Shown here: positions 26,800 to 36,262 of the stretch, piece after piece
Layout: every line of letters starts with the position of its first letter
Position numbering within the stretch: the first letter of the stretch is position 1
Origin: Actinomycetota bacterium
Lineage (GTDB): Bacteria > Actinomycetota > UBA4738 > HRBIN12
DNA length: 64,000 bases
Reading direction: 5' to 3'
Assembly: GCA_036556805.1 (NCBI GenBank)
Contig: DATBIS010000026.1
Span: forward strand, 31,382-95,381
The notes under the pieces: generated by a model
The model's input: only the letters and a program-made list of their open reading frames with translations
Database searches by the model: none
Told to the model about the DNA's origin: nothing
Made by a program: the position numbers and the translations under genes

Positions 26800-27240
26800 T
26801 CAGTCCTCCTCGTCCTCGGTCCCGTCGAAACGTTGCCTCGTCTGTCGCATGCACAGGCCCATCACGACGTCCAGGCCGCCCTCGATCGCGATACGGGCCG
26901 CCTCGTCGTTCACGATCCCCTCCTGCAACCACATGGCCTTTGCGCCGATCGCGACCGCGTCCCGGGCGATCGCCGGCGTCTCCTCCGCCCGGCGGAACAC
27001 GTCGACGACGTCGACCTCGATGTCCGAAGGGATCTCTGCGAGCGACGCGTACGCGCGCTCCCCGAGCACGCTCACCTCGTTCGGGTTCACCGGGATGATG
27101 CGGTAGCCGGCCGCCTGCAGATAGGCCGCCACCTCGTGCGAGGGACGGTGTGACTTCGACGAGAGTCCCACTACTGCCACGACGCGCGCCGATCCGAGGA
27201 GCGCGCGGAGCTCGCGGTCGTCGGCGCTCAGATCAGCCAC
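26800..27240 (-). CDS. CoA-binding domain protein
   Basis: C-terminal 146 aa of ORF 26800..29010. ARVVAVVGLSSKSHRPSHEVAAYL...GYRIIPVNP...VDVFR is typical of the CoA_binding_2 fold. GTG at 27240; start uncertain. Confidence 0.8.
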   Translation of the reverse strand: MADLSADDRELRALLGSARVVAVVGLSSKSHRPSHEVAAYLQAAGYRIIPVNPNEVSVLGERAYASLAEIPSDIEVDVVDVFRRAEETPAIARDAVAIGAKAMWLQEGIVNDEAARIAIEGGLDVVMGLCMRQTRQRFDGTEDEED

Positions 27241-27803
27241 GGCGCCTGCGTTCGAAGGACCTCGAGCAGCTCGTGGAGCATCCGCCCGGTCGCGCCCCAG
27301 ACGGTGGCGCCCTCGACCTCGTAGACCCAGCCGGTCCACGATCGCCCGCCCGCGAGCGGGTACTCGACCTGGGCCTCCACCGACGCGAGCCGCGCGATCG
27401 GCGCCACGACGACGCGCTCGATCTCTCGGTCGCTCGGCGTGAGGGCGGGGAGCTCGCCGACGACGCCCACGAAGGGCACGACGAGGATGCCGCTCACGGT
27501 CGTGTGCACCGGCGACAGCGCGCCGAGCAGGATCGGCGTCGACGGGTCCAGCCCGATCTCCTCGTGCGCCTCGCGGAGCGCCGTCCCGGCGAGCGACTCG
27601 CCGGGATCCTGGAGCCCGCCGGGGAACGAGACCTCCCCCGCGTGGCGGGAGAGCTCGCTCGAGCGCACCGTGAACACCAACGCCGGCTGCGGCCGCTCGA
27701 CGAGCAACGCGAGCACGGCCGCAAGCCTGTCCCCCGCGGCGACGGTCGGGGTCGGCGCCGGATCCAGGGCGAGGCGGAGGGGCCGGTGGAGGTCCGAGTA
27801 CAT
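27228..27803 (-). CDS. NUDIX hydrolase (CoA pyrophosphatase-like)
   Basis: ORF 27228..27950. Start at the ATG at 27803 or 27812. Nudix box GGLQDPGESLAGTALREAHEEIG. Confidence 0.75.
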   Translation of the reverse strand: MYSDLHRPLRLALDPAPTPTVAAGDRLAAVLALLVERPQPALVFTVRSSELSRHAGEVSFPGGLQDPGESLAGTALREAHEEIGLDPSTPILLGALSPVHTTVSGILVVPFVGVVGELPALTPSDREIERVVVAPIARLASVEAQVEYPLAGGRSWTGWVYEVEGATVWGATGRMLHELLEVLRTQAPWLI

Positions 27804-27810
27804 TGACGCC

Positions 27811-28995
27811 ATGGTAGAGGAGGGCGCGCAGCGGGCCGCCGCCGCGGTCGACCCGGACGAGGTGCTGCGGTTCGCGCGAGCGCTCATCGCGGCGCCGTCG
27901 GAGAACCCGGGCGGCACCGAGGACGAGGCGGCGGCCGTCGCCGCCGACATCCTCGCCGAGCTCGGCGCGACCCCCGAGATCGTGCGATCGGACGAGGGCC
28001 GCCCGAGCGTCGTGGCCTCGATCGGGGCGGCCGAGCGACCCCGGCTCGCCTGGAACGGTCACCTCGACGTGGTGCCCGCCGGCTCGCTCGACACGTGGGC
28101 GCATCCCCCGTGGGAAGGCGTGGTCGACGCGGGTCGGCTCGTCGGCCGCGGCGCCGCCGACATGAAGGGCGCGATCGGCGCGGCGCTCGCGGCGGCGTCG
28201 GCGGTGCGGCGCGCCGGGATCGAGCTCGGCGGCGCGCTCGACGTCCACCTCGCCGCGGACGAGGAGCTCGCCGGCACGCACGGCACCCGCGTGCTCCGCG
28301 ACAAGGGGCTCCTCGATCAGGACGCGTGCATCGTCGGCGAGCCGACCGAACTGCGGATCGGGCTCGCCGAGCGGGGCGGCGCCTGGATCACGGCCGTCGC
28401 GCGAGGGAAGGCCGCGCACGGTTCCCGGCCGCATCTGGGAGTCAACGCGATCACGTCGATGGCGCGGTTCCTCCTCCGCCTGCCGGAGGCCCTGCCGGAC
28501 ATCGAGCACCCGCTCGTGGGCCGCCCCACCGTGAACGCCGCGGTGATCGCCGGCGGCAGCGCTCCGAACGTCGTGCCCGACCGCTGCGAGGTCGACATCG
28601 ACCGCCGGCTGATCCCGGGCGAGACCTCGCCGGAGGAGGTCCTCGCCCCGTTCCATCGACTGCTGTCGTCGATCCGCGGGGACCACCCGGAGGTCGAGCT
28701 CGACGTGTCGATCCGTGAATGGACGGACGCCGCCGAGGCCGACGCGGACTCGCCGATCGCAATGGCCGCCCGCGAGGCGATCCAAGCCGTGCTCGACAGG
28801 GACTCGGAGGATGTGGGGTTCACGGGCATCACAGACGCACGCTTCTACCTCAACGACGCGAAGATCCCCACGGTCATCCTCGGACCCGGGTCGCTCTCGG
28901 TCGCGCACACCGCGAACGAGTCGGTGGACGTCGACGAGCTCGTGGCCGCCGCGCGCGTGTACGCGATGATGTTCGTCGGGTTCCTCGGCGCCTAG
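27811..28995 (+). CDS. M20-family metallopeptidase (ArgE/DapE/ACY1-like)
   Basis: In frame with ORF 27439..28995; ATG at 27811. NGHLDVVP, GRGAADMKG, ADEELAG, and a C-terminal H in SVAHTANE. Confidence 0.85.
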   Translation: MVEEGAQRAAAAVDPDEVLRFARALIAAPSENPGGTEDEAAAVAADILAELGATPEIVRSDEGRPSVVASIGAAERPRLAWNGHLDVVPAGSLDTWAHPPWEGVVDAGRLVGRGAADMKGAIGAALAAASAVRRAGIELGGALDVHLAADEELAGTHGTRVLRDKGLLDQDACIVGEPTELRIGLAERGGAWITAVARGKAAHGSRPHLGVNAITSMARFLLRLPEALPDIEHPLVGRPTVNAAVIAGGSAPNVVPDRCEVDIDRRLIPGETSPEEVLAPFHRLLSSIRGDHPEVELDVSIREWTDAAEADADSPIAMAAREAIQAVLDRDSEDVGFTGITDARFYLNDAKIPTVILGPGSLSVAHTANESVDVDELVAAARVYAMMFVGFLGA

Positions 28996-29018
28996 GCGGT
29001 CGAAGCCCACTCGCCGGT

Positions 29019-29378
29019 ATGCTGGACGTGATGGACGTTCGCACGACCGACCCGATCACCGTGACGCCGGCCGCGTCCGCGAAGATCCGCTCGCTCTCGG
29101 TACGCGAGGGCCGCGCGGAGGCACTGCTGCGCGTGCGGGTCACGGCCGGTGGCTGCTCTGGCTTCCGCTACGAGCTCTCGTTCGAAGACGCCCCCGCAGA
29201 CGACGACCACGTCGTCCCCGGCGCCGACGGCGTGCGCGTGCTCGTGGACGAGCGGAGCGCCCCGATCGTCGAGGGGTCGACCCTCGACTTCGTCGACGCG
29301 ATGCTCGGCGGCGGCCTCAAGATGCTGAACCCGCGCGCCACTCACGAGTGCGCGTGCGGCGACTCGTTCGCGATCTGA
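29019..29378 (+). CDS. HesB/IscA-type Fe-S cluster insertion protein
   Basis: In frame with ORF 28719..29378; ATG at 29019 (or 29031). GGCSGFRY and the C-terminal CACGDSF motif. Confidence 0.88.
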   Translation: MLDVMDVRTTDPITVTPAASAKIRSLSVREGRAEALLRVRVTAGGCSGFRYELSFEDAPADDDHVVPGADGVRVLVDERSAPIVEGSTLDFVDAMLGGGLKMLNPRATHECACGDSFAI

Positions 29379-29390
29379 GCCGGCTCCTCC

Positions 29391-29885
29391 TCAGCTCCAG
29401 AAGTCGATCTGCGGCAGTCCGCGCGCCCCGAGCGTCTCGTTGAGCTCGGCGGAGTGATACACGTCGTGGCTGAACATCCGCAACAGGACCCAACCGCGCC
29501 GGTGCACCCGGCCCCAGCGACGGATCTCCTCGTCGACAATCTCGAGGGTCCATCGGTCCAGACAGCCCTCCACGATGCGGAACGTCGAGTCCAGCGCCTC
29601 GGCAAGCTGCTCGGCGTTCAACACGTGCTCGAGGTCGTCGTCCCCCGGGCAGTCGAAGCCCGCGTTCGTGAACCGCGTGGTCTCGGCGCCCGGCTCGCCC
29701 GCGAAGTCGCAGAGCCAGAACACGCGCTGGCAGGCCAGGTGGCCGATCGTGGCCCAGAGCGGCCATCGGTCGGGTGAGGGCTGCATCGCGAGCTGCTCGT
29801 CGGTCATGCCCGCGACGACGTCGCGCAGGCTCCGGTTGAAGTCGGGCCACACGCTGAAGGCGGGCCGGATCGTGGCGTCGGTCAC
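29391..29885 (-). CDS. DinB-family protein
   Basis: ORF 29391..29885 (GTG). DinB-like His positions (TIGHLACQ, FSHDVYHSAEL). Confidence 0.75.
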   Translation of the reverse strand: MTDATIRPAFSVWPDFNRSLRDVVAGMTDEQLAMQPSPDRWPLWATIGHLACQRVFWLCDFAGEPGAETTRFTNAGFDCPGDDDLEHVLNAEQLAEALDSTFRIVEGCLDRWTLEIVDEEIRRWGRVHRRGWVLLRMFSHDVYHSAELNETLGARGLPQIDFWS

Positions 29886-29932
29886 GAGCCCACGCTACCG
29901 CCCGGGGACGGCACCGACCCGACAACGCACAA

Positions 29933-29966
29933 CCGCCGCCGGCTCGCGGGCCCGAGCCGGCGGCGG
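29933..29966 (-). terminator. GC-rich stem-loop downstream of the cupredoxin gene
   Basis: Perfect 14-bp inverted repeat: CCGCCGCCGGCTCG (29933-29946) pairs with CGAGCCGGCGGCGG (29953-29966), 6-nt loop. It lies 18 nt after the stop at 29984. No clear U-tract. Confidence 0.45.
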
Positions 29967-29983
29967 CCGAGGGCGCCCTGCGC

Positions 29984-30346
29984 CTAGGAGACCGTGATGG
30001 TCCCCTTCATCTGATCCGGGTGGTATTCGCAGTGCCAGCCGATGCCATCGGTCAAGTTGATCGTGACCGTCGCGCTCTCACCGGCTTCGACGTCCTGGCC
30101 CACGCTGTCGTCGTCGAGCGTGAAGCTGTGCTCGACGGCGCCGTCGTTCGTGAGCGCGATCGTCACGTCCTGACCCGACGGGACCGTGAGCGTCGTTGGG
30201 CTGAACGAGAAGTCGGCCATCGTGACGGTCTGATCGGCGCTCCCTCCGCCCTCCGGGGTCGAACCGCTCTCGTCGCTGCTACAGGCGGACATCAAGACCA
30301 CGAGCGCGAACAACGCGGCGCCCGCGCCAAGGCTCCGTCGGCGCAT
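29984..30346 (-). CDS. Cupredoxin (plastocyanin/amicyanin-like) lipoprotein
   Basis: C-terminal 120 aa of ORF 29984..30463; ATG at 30346. Lipobox LMSAC. Type-1 Cu ligand pattern H...C-x2-H-x4-M ([15 protein letters not shown]). Confidence 0.75.
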   Translation of the reverse strand: MRRRSLGAGAALFALVVLMSACSSDESGSTPEGGGSADQTVTMADFSFSPTTLTVPSGQDVTIALTNDGAVEHSFTLDDDSVGQDVEAGESATVTINLTDGIGWHCEYHPDQMKGTITVS

Positions 30347-30443
30347 GCTCCCTCCCTCTTCCGGTTCGAGTTCGGAGGTAGTACGGGCGGACCCGCGAAA
30401 CGGCTTGCACCGACGAGAGCGGCCGCTCCTATACTCGGCGGGC

Positions 30444-31571
30444 ATGCCGTCTTCGGCCGACAAGACCCAGTGGCGCGAGCTCTACCACGAGGTGGTCATG
30501 ACCGGCCTCTGCACCGGCTGCACCGCCTGCATCGTCTCCTGCCCGTTCCACGTGCTCGGGTACGAGAACGACCTGCCGGTGCAGCTGCAGGAGGACGGCC
30601 CCGACGTGTGCCTGCACGGGGACAAGGGCTGCGACATCTGCACGCGCGCGTGCCCGCGCTTCCGCGAGTGGGAGGGCGAGATCGACGAGACGCTCTTCGG
30701 CCACACGCGCAAGCCGGAGGAGCTGATCGGCTCCTACCGCGACATCGTGCTCGCGCGGGCCACCGACGCCGAAGCCCTCGCCCAGGGTCAGGACGGCGGC
30801 GTGGTGTCGGCCCTGCTCCTGTGGGGTCTGCGAACCGGAGAGATCGACGGCGCGTGCACGTCGAAGCTCTCCGACGAGCGGCCGTGGGACGCCGAGCCCA
30901 CGGTCGTCACCGACGCCGCCGGCGTGCTCGCGACCGCGGGGTCCCGGTACACCTACTCGGCGAACCCGCTCGCGTTGTTGAAGGCCGCCGAGATGGGCCT
31001 GTCGAAGGTCGCGCTCGTCGGCATGAGCTGTCAGGCGAGCGTCACCGGTGCACTGGAGTCGCGGCGCGTGAACAAGTGGCGGCGCAAGATCGCCTGGACG
31101 TTCGGCCTGCTCTGCTCGAAGTCGTTCACGTACGACGGGCTGATGGTCGAGATCGCGCAGAACCAGATGGGCCTCGCGCTCGACGACCTCGTCCGCGTGA
31201 ACGTGAAGGGAAAGCTGCTCTTCTACACGCGCAACGGCGACGAGCACGTGTACTCGCTGAAGAAGGCCCACGAGTTCACGCGCCCCGGCTGCCTCCACTG
31301 CCCGGACTTCGCCGCCGAGCACGCCGACATCTCCTTCGGCGGGCTCGGACAGTCCGACGGCTGGTCGCTCACGATCATCCGGACCGAACGGGGGCAGGAT
31401 CTCTGGCAACGCGCGGTCGCCGACGGCATCGTCGAGTGGCGGCCCGGCTCCGAAGATCCCGACGCGGTCGCGCTGATGTTCAAGCTCGCCGGCAGGTCGC
31501 GCGAGCGCTGGCCGATACAGGACGGTGCGGCCGCTCACCCGGGGCCCGGCGTGGTCCCCGATCCAGCCTAG
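30444..31571 (+). CDS. FrhB/FdhB-family (coenzyme F420 hydrogenase/dehydrogenase beta-subunit-like) iron-sulfur flavoprotein
   Basis: In frame with ORF 30345..31571; ATG at 30444. Two ferredoxin-type Cys clusters ([21 protein letters not shown]). FrhB-like C-terminal part ([14 protein letters not shown]). Confidence 0.75.
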   Translation: MPSSADKTQWRELYHEVVMTGLCTGCTACIVSCPFHVLGYENDLPVQLQEDGPDVCLHGDKGCDICTRACPRFREWEGEIDETLFGHTRKPEELIGSYRDIVLARATDAEALAQGQDGGVVSALLLWGLRTGEIDGACTSKLSDERPWDAEPTVVTDAAGVLATAGSRYTYSANPLALLKAAEMGLSKVALVGMSCQASVTGALESRRVNKWRRKIAWTFGLLCSKSFTYDGLMVEIAQNQMGLALDDLVRVNVKGKLLFYTRNGDEHVYSLKKAHEFTRPGCLHCPDFAAEHADISFGGLGQSDGWSLTIIRTERGQDLWQRAVADGIVEWRPGSEDPDAVALMFKLAGRSRERWPIQDGAAAHPGPGVVPDPA

Positions 31572-31707
31572 GCGGCCACGCGAAAGAAGCTGCGCTCCAA
31601 CGCTTCTCGGCGTGGGCTCAGCATGAGACGTGAGCCGCCGATAACCGGTAACGACGACCCCCTCACGGGCCGTGCGTTGGCGCGCGCCCGGAGGAAGGAG
31701 ACACGAC

Positions 31708-34239
31708 ATGGCGGACACGGCGAACCTGGGGGCCCCGGCCCTGATTCGTCGTGACGCGATCCTCGACGCGCTCGCCTTCGCCGCGGAGCAGCTGCTGCTC
31801 GCGCCGGATTGGACCGACGTCGTGCACGAGGTCCTCGGACGGCTCGGCCGGGCCGCCGGCGTGGCGCGGGCGTACGTCGTGGAAACCACCACCGATGCCT
31901 CGGGGTCTCCCCTAGCGCGGTGGGTGGACGAATGGACCCATCCCGGCGTCCCGCGGGTGACCGACGATCCCGAGTTCGGGGCCGCCCCCTGGATCGACTC
32001 GGGCTTCGGGCGGTGGGCGGAGGTCCTTCGTGGCGGCGGTCTCGTGATGGGGTCGATCGGCGACTTTCCCGAGTCCGAGCGCGTCGCGCTCGGACGGCAC
32101 CAGGTGCGTTCGCTCGCCTCGATCCCGATCATGGTCGACGGCGCGTGGTGGGGCTCCGTGGGGTTCGACGACTGCTGGGGCGAACGGGACTGGTCCGGCC
32201 CCGACGTCGACGCGCTCCGCGCGGCGGCGAGCCTGCTCGGCGCCGCGATCCATCGCCGGCGGACCGACCGACACGCGAGCGACGCGGAGACTCGCTATCG
32301 CGACGTGATCGACCACATCCCCGCCGTCACGTACACCGATCTCCCCGGCGACCACGGCGCCGTGATCGGCTTCATCAGCCGCCAGATCGAGGACCTGCTC
32401 GGATACCCCGCCGAGCGGTTTCGCGGCGACCCCGACTTCTGGTTCTCGCTCATTCACCCCGACGATCACGACCGGATCGACGAGGCCGCGCGGCTCGCCG
32501 GGCGGACCCATGGGCGGTTCGACGCCGAGTACCGAATGACGGCCGCCGACGGGCGCGTCGTCTGGGTGCACGACACGTCCGAGCCCATCCTCGACGCGGC
32601 GGGCGACATCCGGCACTGGCAGGGCTTCCTGACGGACGTGACCGAGCGACGCCACGCCGAAGACCTCGCGCGGGAGGCCGAGCGGCGCTTCCGCGACCTC
32701 GTCGAGCAGCTGCCGGCCGTGCTGTACATCGAGGACGTCATCCCGGGGACGTCCGAGGCCGTACGCGTGTCGTACATGAGCCCGAAGGCCGAGGACCTGC
32801 TCGGCTACCCGGCCGAGCGCTGGATGGAGTCGGACGACCTCTACCTCGAGCTCGCCCACCCGGATGACGTGGCCGCCGCGTTGGCGGCGGTCGAGCATTC
32901 GAACGCGCAGGGGACGCCGCTCGACCTCGACTACCGGATGCGCCACGCGGACGGCCGCTGGGTGTGGGTCCACGAGGAGGCCGTCCTCATCCGCGACGAG
33001 GAAGGTGCCCCCGCCTACTGGCAGGGCTTCATGTTCGACGTCACCGAGCGGAAGCGCGCGGAGGAGCAGCTGCGCGAGGCCGAGGAGCGCTTCCGCACGA
33101 TCGTCGAGCAGAGCCCGGCCGTGATCTACACGCAGGAGATCGACCCGGCAACCGGCCTGTCGGAGACCACGTACATCTCGCCGAGGAACGAGGAGCTGAT
33201 CGGCTACACGTTCGAGGACATCCTCGACAACCCACGCTTGTGGACCAGCCTCCTCCATCCGGACGACCGGGAGCGCGTGCTTGCGGCCGATCGCGACTCC
33301 AACACGAGCGGCGAAACCTTCTCGCTGGAGTACCGGATGATCGCGAAGGACGGACGCGTGATCTGGGTGCAGGACGAGGCGACGCTCGTGCAGGTGGGCG
33401 AGGGTCCGGCCTACTGGCAGGGCTACATGGTGGATGTCTCCGAGCGCAAGGCGGCGGAGGAACAGCTCGCGCGCGCGCTCGAGGTCGAGCGCGAGGCCTC
33501 GCGGCGGCTCCGCGCGCTCGACGAGATGAAGAACACGTTCCTGCAGGCGGTCTCGCACGACCTCCGAACGCCGCTCGCGGCGATCCTCGGGCTCGCGGTC
33601 ACGCTCGAGCGCGGCGACGTCGAGCTCGACGTCGACGACTCCCGCGACCTCGCGCGCCGTATCGCCGGCAACGCGCGGAAGCTCGATCGGCTCGTGACGA
33701 ACCTCCTCGACATGGACCGGCTCGCGCGTGGCATCGTGACGCCGAAGCTCCACCACACCGACGTCGGAGGCCTCGTCCGCCGGCTTCTCGCGGAGTCCGA
33801 GCTGATCGGCGGCGCGCGGTTGCACACGGACATCCAGCCGGTCTCGATCCACGTCGACACCGCGAAGGTCGAGCGCATCGTCGAGAACCTGCTCGCGAAC
33901 ACGGTGCGACACACGCCCTCGAACGCGCAGATCTGGATCTCGGTGCGGCCCCACGAGGGAGGCGCGCTGATTCTCGTGGAGGACGACGGGCCGGGCGTGC
34001 CACCCGAGCTTCGCGACACGATCTTCGAACCGTTCCAGCAGGGGCCGGAGGCGCCCCAGCACTCACCCGGCGTGGGGGTCGGCCTCACGCTCGTGAAGCG
34101 CTTCGCCGAGCTGCACGGCGGTCGCGCGTGGGTCGAGGAGCGGCAGGCAGGTGGTGCGTCGTTCCGCGTCCACCTTCCCGACGGCGAACGGTCGGCCGCG
34201 GACCGGGCGGGCGAGTTCTCGGAGGTTTCCGAGAACTAG
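31708..34239 (+). CDS. Sensor histidine kinase: GAF-like N-terminus, three PAS modules, HisKA, HATPase
   Basis: In frame with ORF 31672..34239; ATG at 31708 after GGAGGAAGGAG. Three repeated PAS units each begin with AE(T/R/E)R(Y/F)R..(I/V)..(I/L/S)PAV.Y. H-box FLQAVSHDLRTPLAAI. N/G boxes NLLANTVRHTP, EDDGPGVP, GVGVGLTLV. Confidence 0.88.
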   Translation: MADTANLGAPALIRRDAILDALAFAAEQLLLAPDWTDVVHEVLGRLGRAAGVARAYVVETTTDASGSPLARWVDEWTHPGVPRVTDDPEFGAAPWIDSGFGRWAEVLRGGGLVMGSIGDFPESERVALGRHQVRSLASIPIMVDGAWWGSVGFDDCWGERDWSGPDVDALRAAASLLGAAIHRRRTDRHASDAETRYRDVIDHIPAVTYTDLPGDHGAVIGFISRQIEDLLGYPAERFRGDPDFWFSLIHPDDHDRIDEAARLAGRTHGRFDAEYRMTAADGRVVWVHDTSEPILDAAGDIRHWQGFLTDVTERRHAEDLAREAERRFRDLVEQLPAVLYIEDVIPGTSEAVRVSYMSPKAEDLLGYPAERWMESDDLYLELAHPDDVAAALAAVEHSNAQGTPLDLDYRMRHADGRWVWVHEEAVLIRDEEGAPAYWQGFMFDVTERKRAEEQLREAEERFRTIVEQSPAVIYTQEIDPATGLSETTYISPRNEELIGYTFEDILDNPRLWTSLLHPDDRERVLAADRDSNTSGETFSLEYRMIAKDGRVIWVQDEATLVQVGEGPAYWQGYMVDVSERKAAEEQLARALEVEREASRRLRALDEMKNTFLQAVSHDLRTPLAAILGLAVTLERGDVELDVDDSRDLARRIAGNARKLDRLVTNLLDMDRLARGIVTPKLHHTDVGGLVRRLLAESELIGGARLHTDIQPVSIHVDTAKVERIVENLLANTVRHTPSNAQIWISVRPHEGGALILVEDDGPGVPPELRDTIFEPFQQGPEAPQHSPGVGVGLTLVKRFAELHGGRAWVEERQAGGASFRVHLPDGERSAADRAGEFSEVSEN

Positions 34240-34562
34240 ACGGCGGCCCAGCCGGCGACGACCGGATGGTCGGCGGTGACGGCCCCCACCTGCGCGGCGC
34301 CGCCCGGCGAACCGAGCCCGCTCACGTTGTCGGCGAAGAACTCCGCGTTCACCGGCGTGAACTGCTTCCACTCGGCGGGGACGTCGTCTTCGTAGAAGAT
34401 CGCCGTCACGGGGCACACGGGCTCGCACGCGCCGCAGTCCACGCACTCGTCGGGGTGGATGTAGAGCATGCGGCCGCCCTCGTAGATGCAGTCGACCGGG
34501 CACTCGTCCACGCAGGCGCGGTCCTTCACGTCGATGCAGGGTTCGCAGATCGTGTAGGTCAT
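34236..34562 (-). CDS. fdxA: 7Fe ferredoxin (3Fe-4S + 4Fe-4S), actinobacterial FdxA type
   Basis: ORF 34236..34562. MTYTICEPCIDVKDRACVDECPVDCIY...CVDCGACEPVCPV. Its stop overlaps the stop of the convergent kinase gene. Confidence 0.92.
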   Translation of the reverse strand: MTYTICEPCIDVKDRACVDECPVDCIYEGGRMLYIHPDECVDCGACEPVCPVTAIFYEDDVPAEWKQFTPVNAEFFADNVSGLGSPGGAAQVGAVTADHPVVAGWAAV

Positions 34563-34649
34563 GCCGTTTTCCCCTTTTCCACGGTGTGGACCTTGTAAAC
34601 CTCCTGAGAGTGTACGCGCCCGGGGCGCCGGCGCAACCCGCTCGGTCGC

Positions 34650-35585
34650 TCAGGCCCCGGGGGCGAGGGCGCGGATCGTCGCGAGGAGCGAGGCCGGCGC
34701 GGACGCGCCGCCGGCGACCGGGTAGACGACCGGAAGGTCCGCGCCGGCCTCGCGGTAGGCCTGCAGGCGCACGCGGGCCTGCTCCTCATCGCCCGGCAGG
34801 CACACCGCCGACGCGAGCGCGCTTCCGTCGCCGCCGGCCGCGCGCTCGGCCTCGCCGCCGAGCCCCATCGCACGGAACTGGCGCGCGTACGCCGGGTAGC
34901 GAGCGTACTGGGTCGAGAAGGCTGCCATCGCCGAACGCGCCCCCTCTCGATCCTCGTCGAGCGAGCCGCGCACGTACACGGCGACCGTCACGGCGCCGGG
35001 GTCGCGACCGGCCGCGCCGGCCGCCTCCCGAACGAGCTCGTGAGCGGCCGCCACGCGCTCGGGCGTGCACCAGTTGAGGATCACTCCGTCCGCGATCTCT
35101 CCCGCGAGCCGAACGGCGCGATCCCCGAGCGCCGAGATCCACACCGGCGGCGGCTCGTCCAGCTCGAGCGACACCGCGAAGGTGCGGCCGTCGAGCTCGA
35201 CCGGTTCGCCGGCGAGCAGCCGGCGGATCGCGCCCACCTGCTCCCGCAGCCGTTCGAGCGCGCCGGGCACCGCCGCTCCCGTCCCGATGCCGAGCACCGC
35301 GCGCCCGCCGCTCCGCTCCTGGACCGTTGCCGCGGCCATCGCGGTCGCGAACGGCGTCCGCGAGGTCATCGGCACGATGCCCGTGCCGAGCCGGATCGCG
35401 TGCGTTTCGCCCGCAAGTCCCGTGAGCGCGGCGAACGTGTCGCGCCCGTCGGTCTCCGGCAGGAACAACCCCGCGTAGCCGAGGCTCTCCCCCGCACGCA
35501 CGAGCCCGGAGAAGTGGCTCCAGGGCAACGGATTCCGGACCGTGAACGCGACCTCGGGTTGTCGATCGTTCGTCACCCTCGCCAT
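34650..35585 (-). CDS. Luciferase-like monooxygenase (LLM) family oxidoreductase, probably F420-dependent
   Basis: ORF 34650..35585. LLM TIM-barrel pattern (GYAGLFLPE, RLGTGIVP, LGIGTG, WISALGDRAVRLAGEIADGVILNW). Confidence 0.8.
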   Translation of the reverse strand: MARVTNDRQPEVAFTVRNPLPWSHFSGLVRAGESLGYAGLFLPETDGRDTFAALTGLAGETHAIRLGTGIVPMTSRTPFATAMAAATVQERSGGRAVLGIGTGAAVPGALERLREQVGAIRRLLAGEPVELDGRTFAVSLELDEPPPVWISALGDRAVRLAGEIADGVILNWCTPERVAAAHELVREAAGAAGRDPGAVTVAVYVRGSLDEDREGARSAMAAFSTQYARYPAYARQFRAMGLGGEAERAAGGDGSALASAVCLPGDEEQARVRLQAYREAGADLPVVYPVAGGASAPASLLATIRALAPGA

Positions 35586-35599
35586 CCTGCCAGAAGCGC

Positions 35600-36262
35600 A
35601 TGGAGCCCGTTCGCTTCACCACGGAGGACGCCGTCACCCTCGAGGGCGAGCTGCGCATGCCCGACGACCTGCCGGTGGGCTCCGCCGTCATCTGCCACCC
35701 ACACCCTCGACACGGCGGCAGCAAGGACCACCCGATCCTCTGGGCCATCCGCAACGAGCTCGCGCACCGGGGATTCGCGGTGCTCGGCTTCAACTTCCGC
35801 GGCGTGATGGGTTCGGGAGGCACCTACGGTGGCGGCCGCGACGAGGTCCGCGATGCGCGCGCGGCGATCGACGTCGCGATCGAACGAGGCGGTCCCCCGG
35901 TCTTCGTCGCCGGGTGGTCGTTCGGCGCGAACGTCGCCCTGCGGGAGGCGCTCGACGACGACCGCGTCGCCGGGCTCGCGCTCGTCGGGTTCCCGCTTCG
36001 GCCCGGCGACGTCGAGCTGCCGCCGGTGCCGGCGGCCGGCGAGCTCCGCCTGCTCTCGCGCCGGCCGATCCTGCTCGTGGCCGGCGAGCACGACGCCTTC
36101 TGCCCCGGCGACGAGCTCCGCGACCTCGGGAAGCAGCTCTCGGCAGAGGTCGTGGTGGTGCCCGGCACCGACCACTACTTCTGGCGACGCGAACGCGAGC
36201 TCGCGGCGCTCATCGGCGACTTCGCCGAGCGGCTCACGCGGTCGGGTCGAGCGCGAACGTAA
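35600..36262 (+). CDS. Alpha/beta hydrolase
   Basis: ORF 35600..36262. HPHPRHGG, nucleophile elbow GWSFG, C-terminal GTDHYF. Confidence 0.75.
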   Translation: MEPVRFTTEDAVTLEGELRMPDDLPVGSAVICHPHPRHGGSKDHPILWAIRNELAHRGFAVLGFNFRGVMGSGGTYGGGRDEVRDARAAIDVAIERGGPPVFVAGWSFGANVALREALDDDRVAGLALVGFPLRPGDVELPPVPAAGELRLLSRRPILLVAGEHDAFCPGDELRDLGKQLSAEVVVVPGTDHYFWRRERELAALIGDFAERLTRSGRART

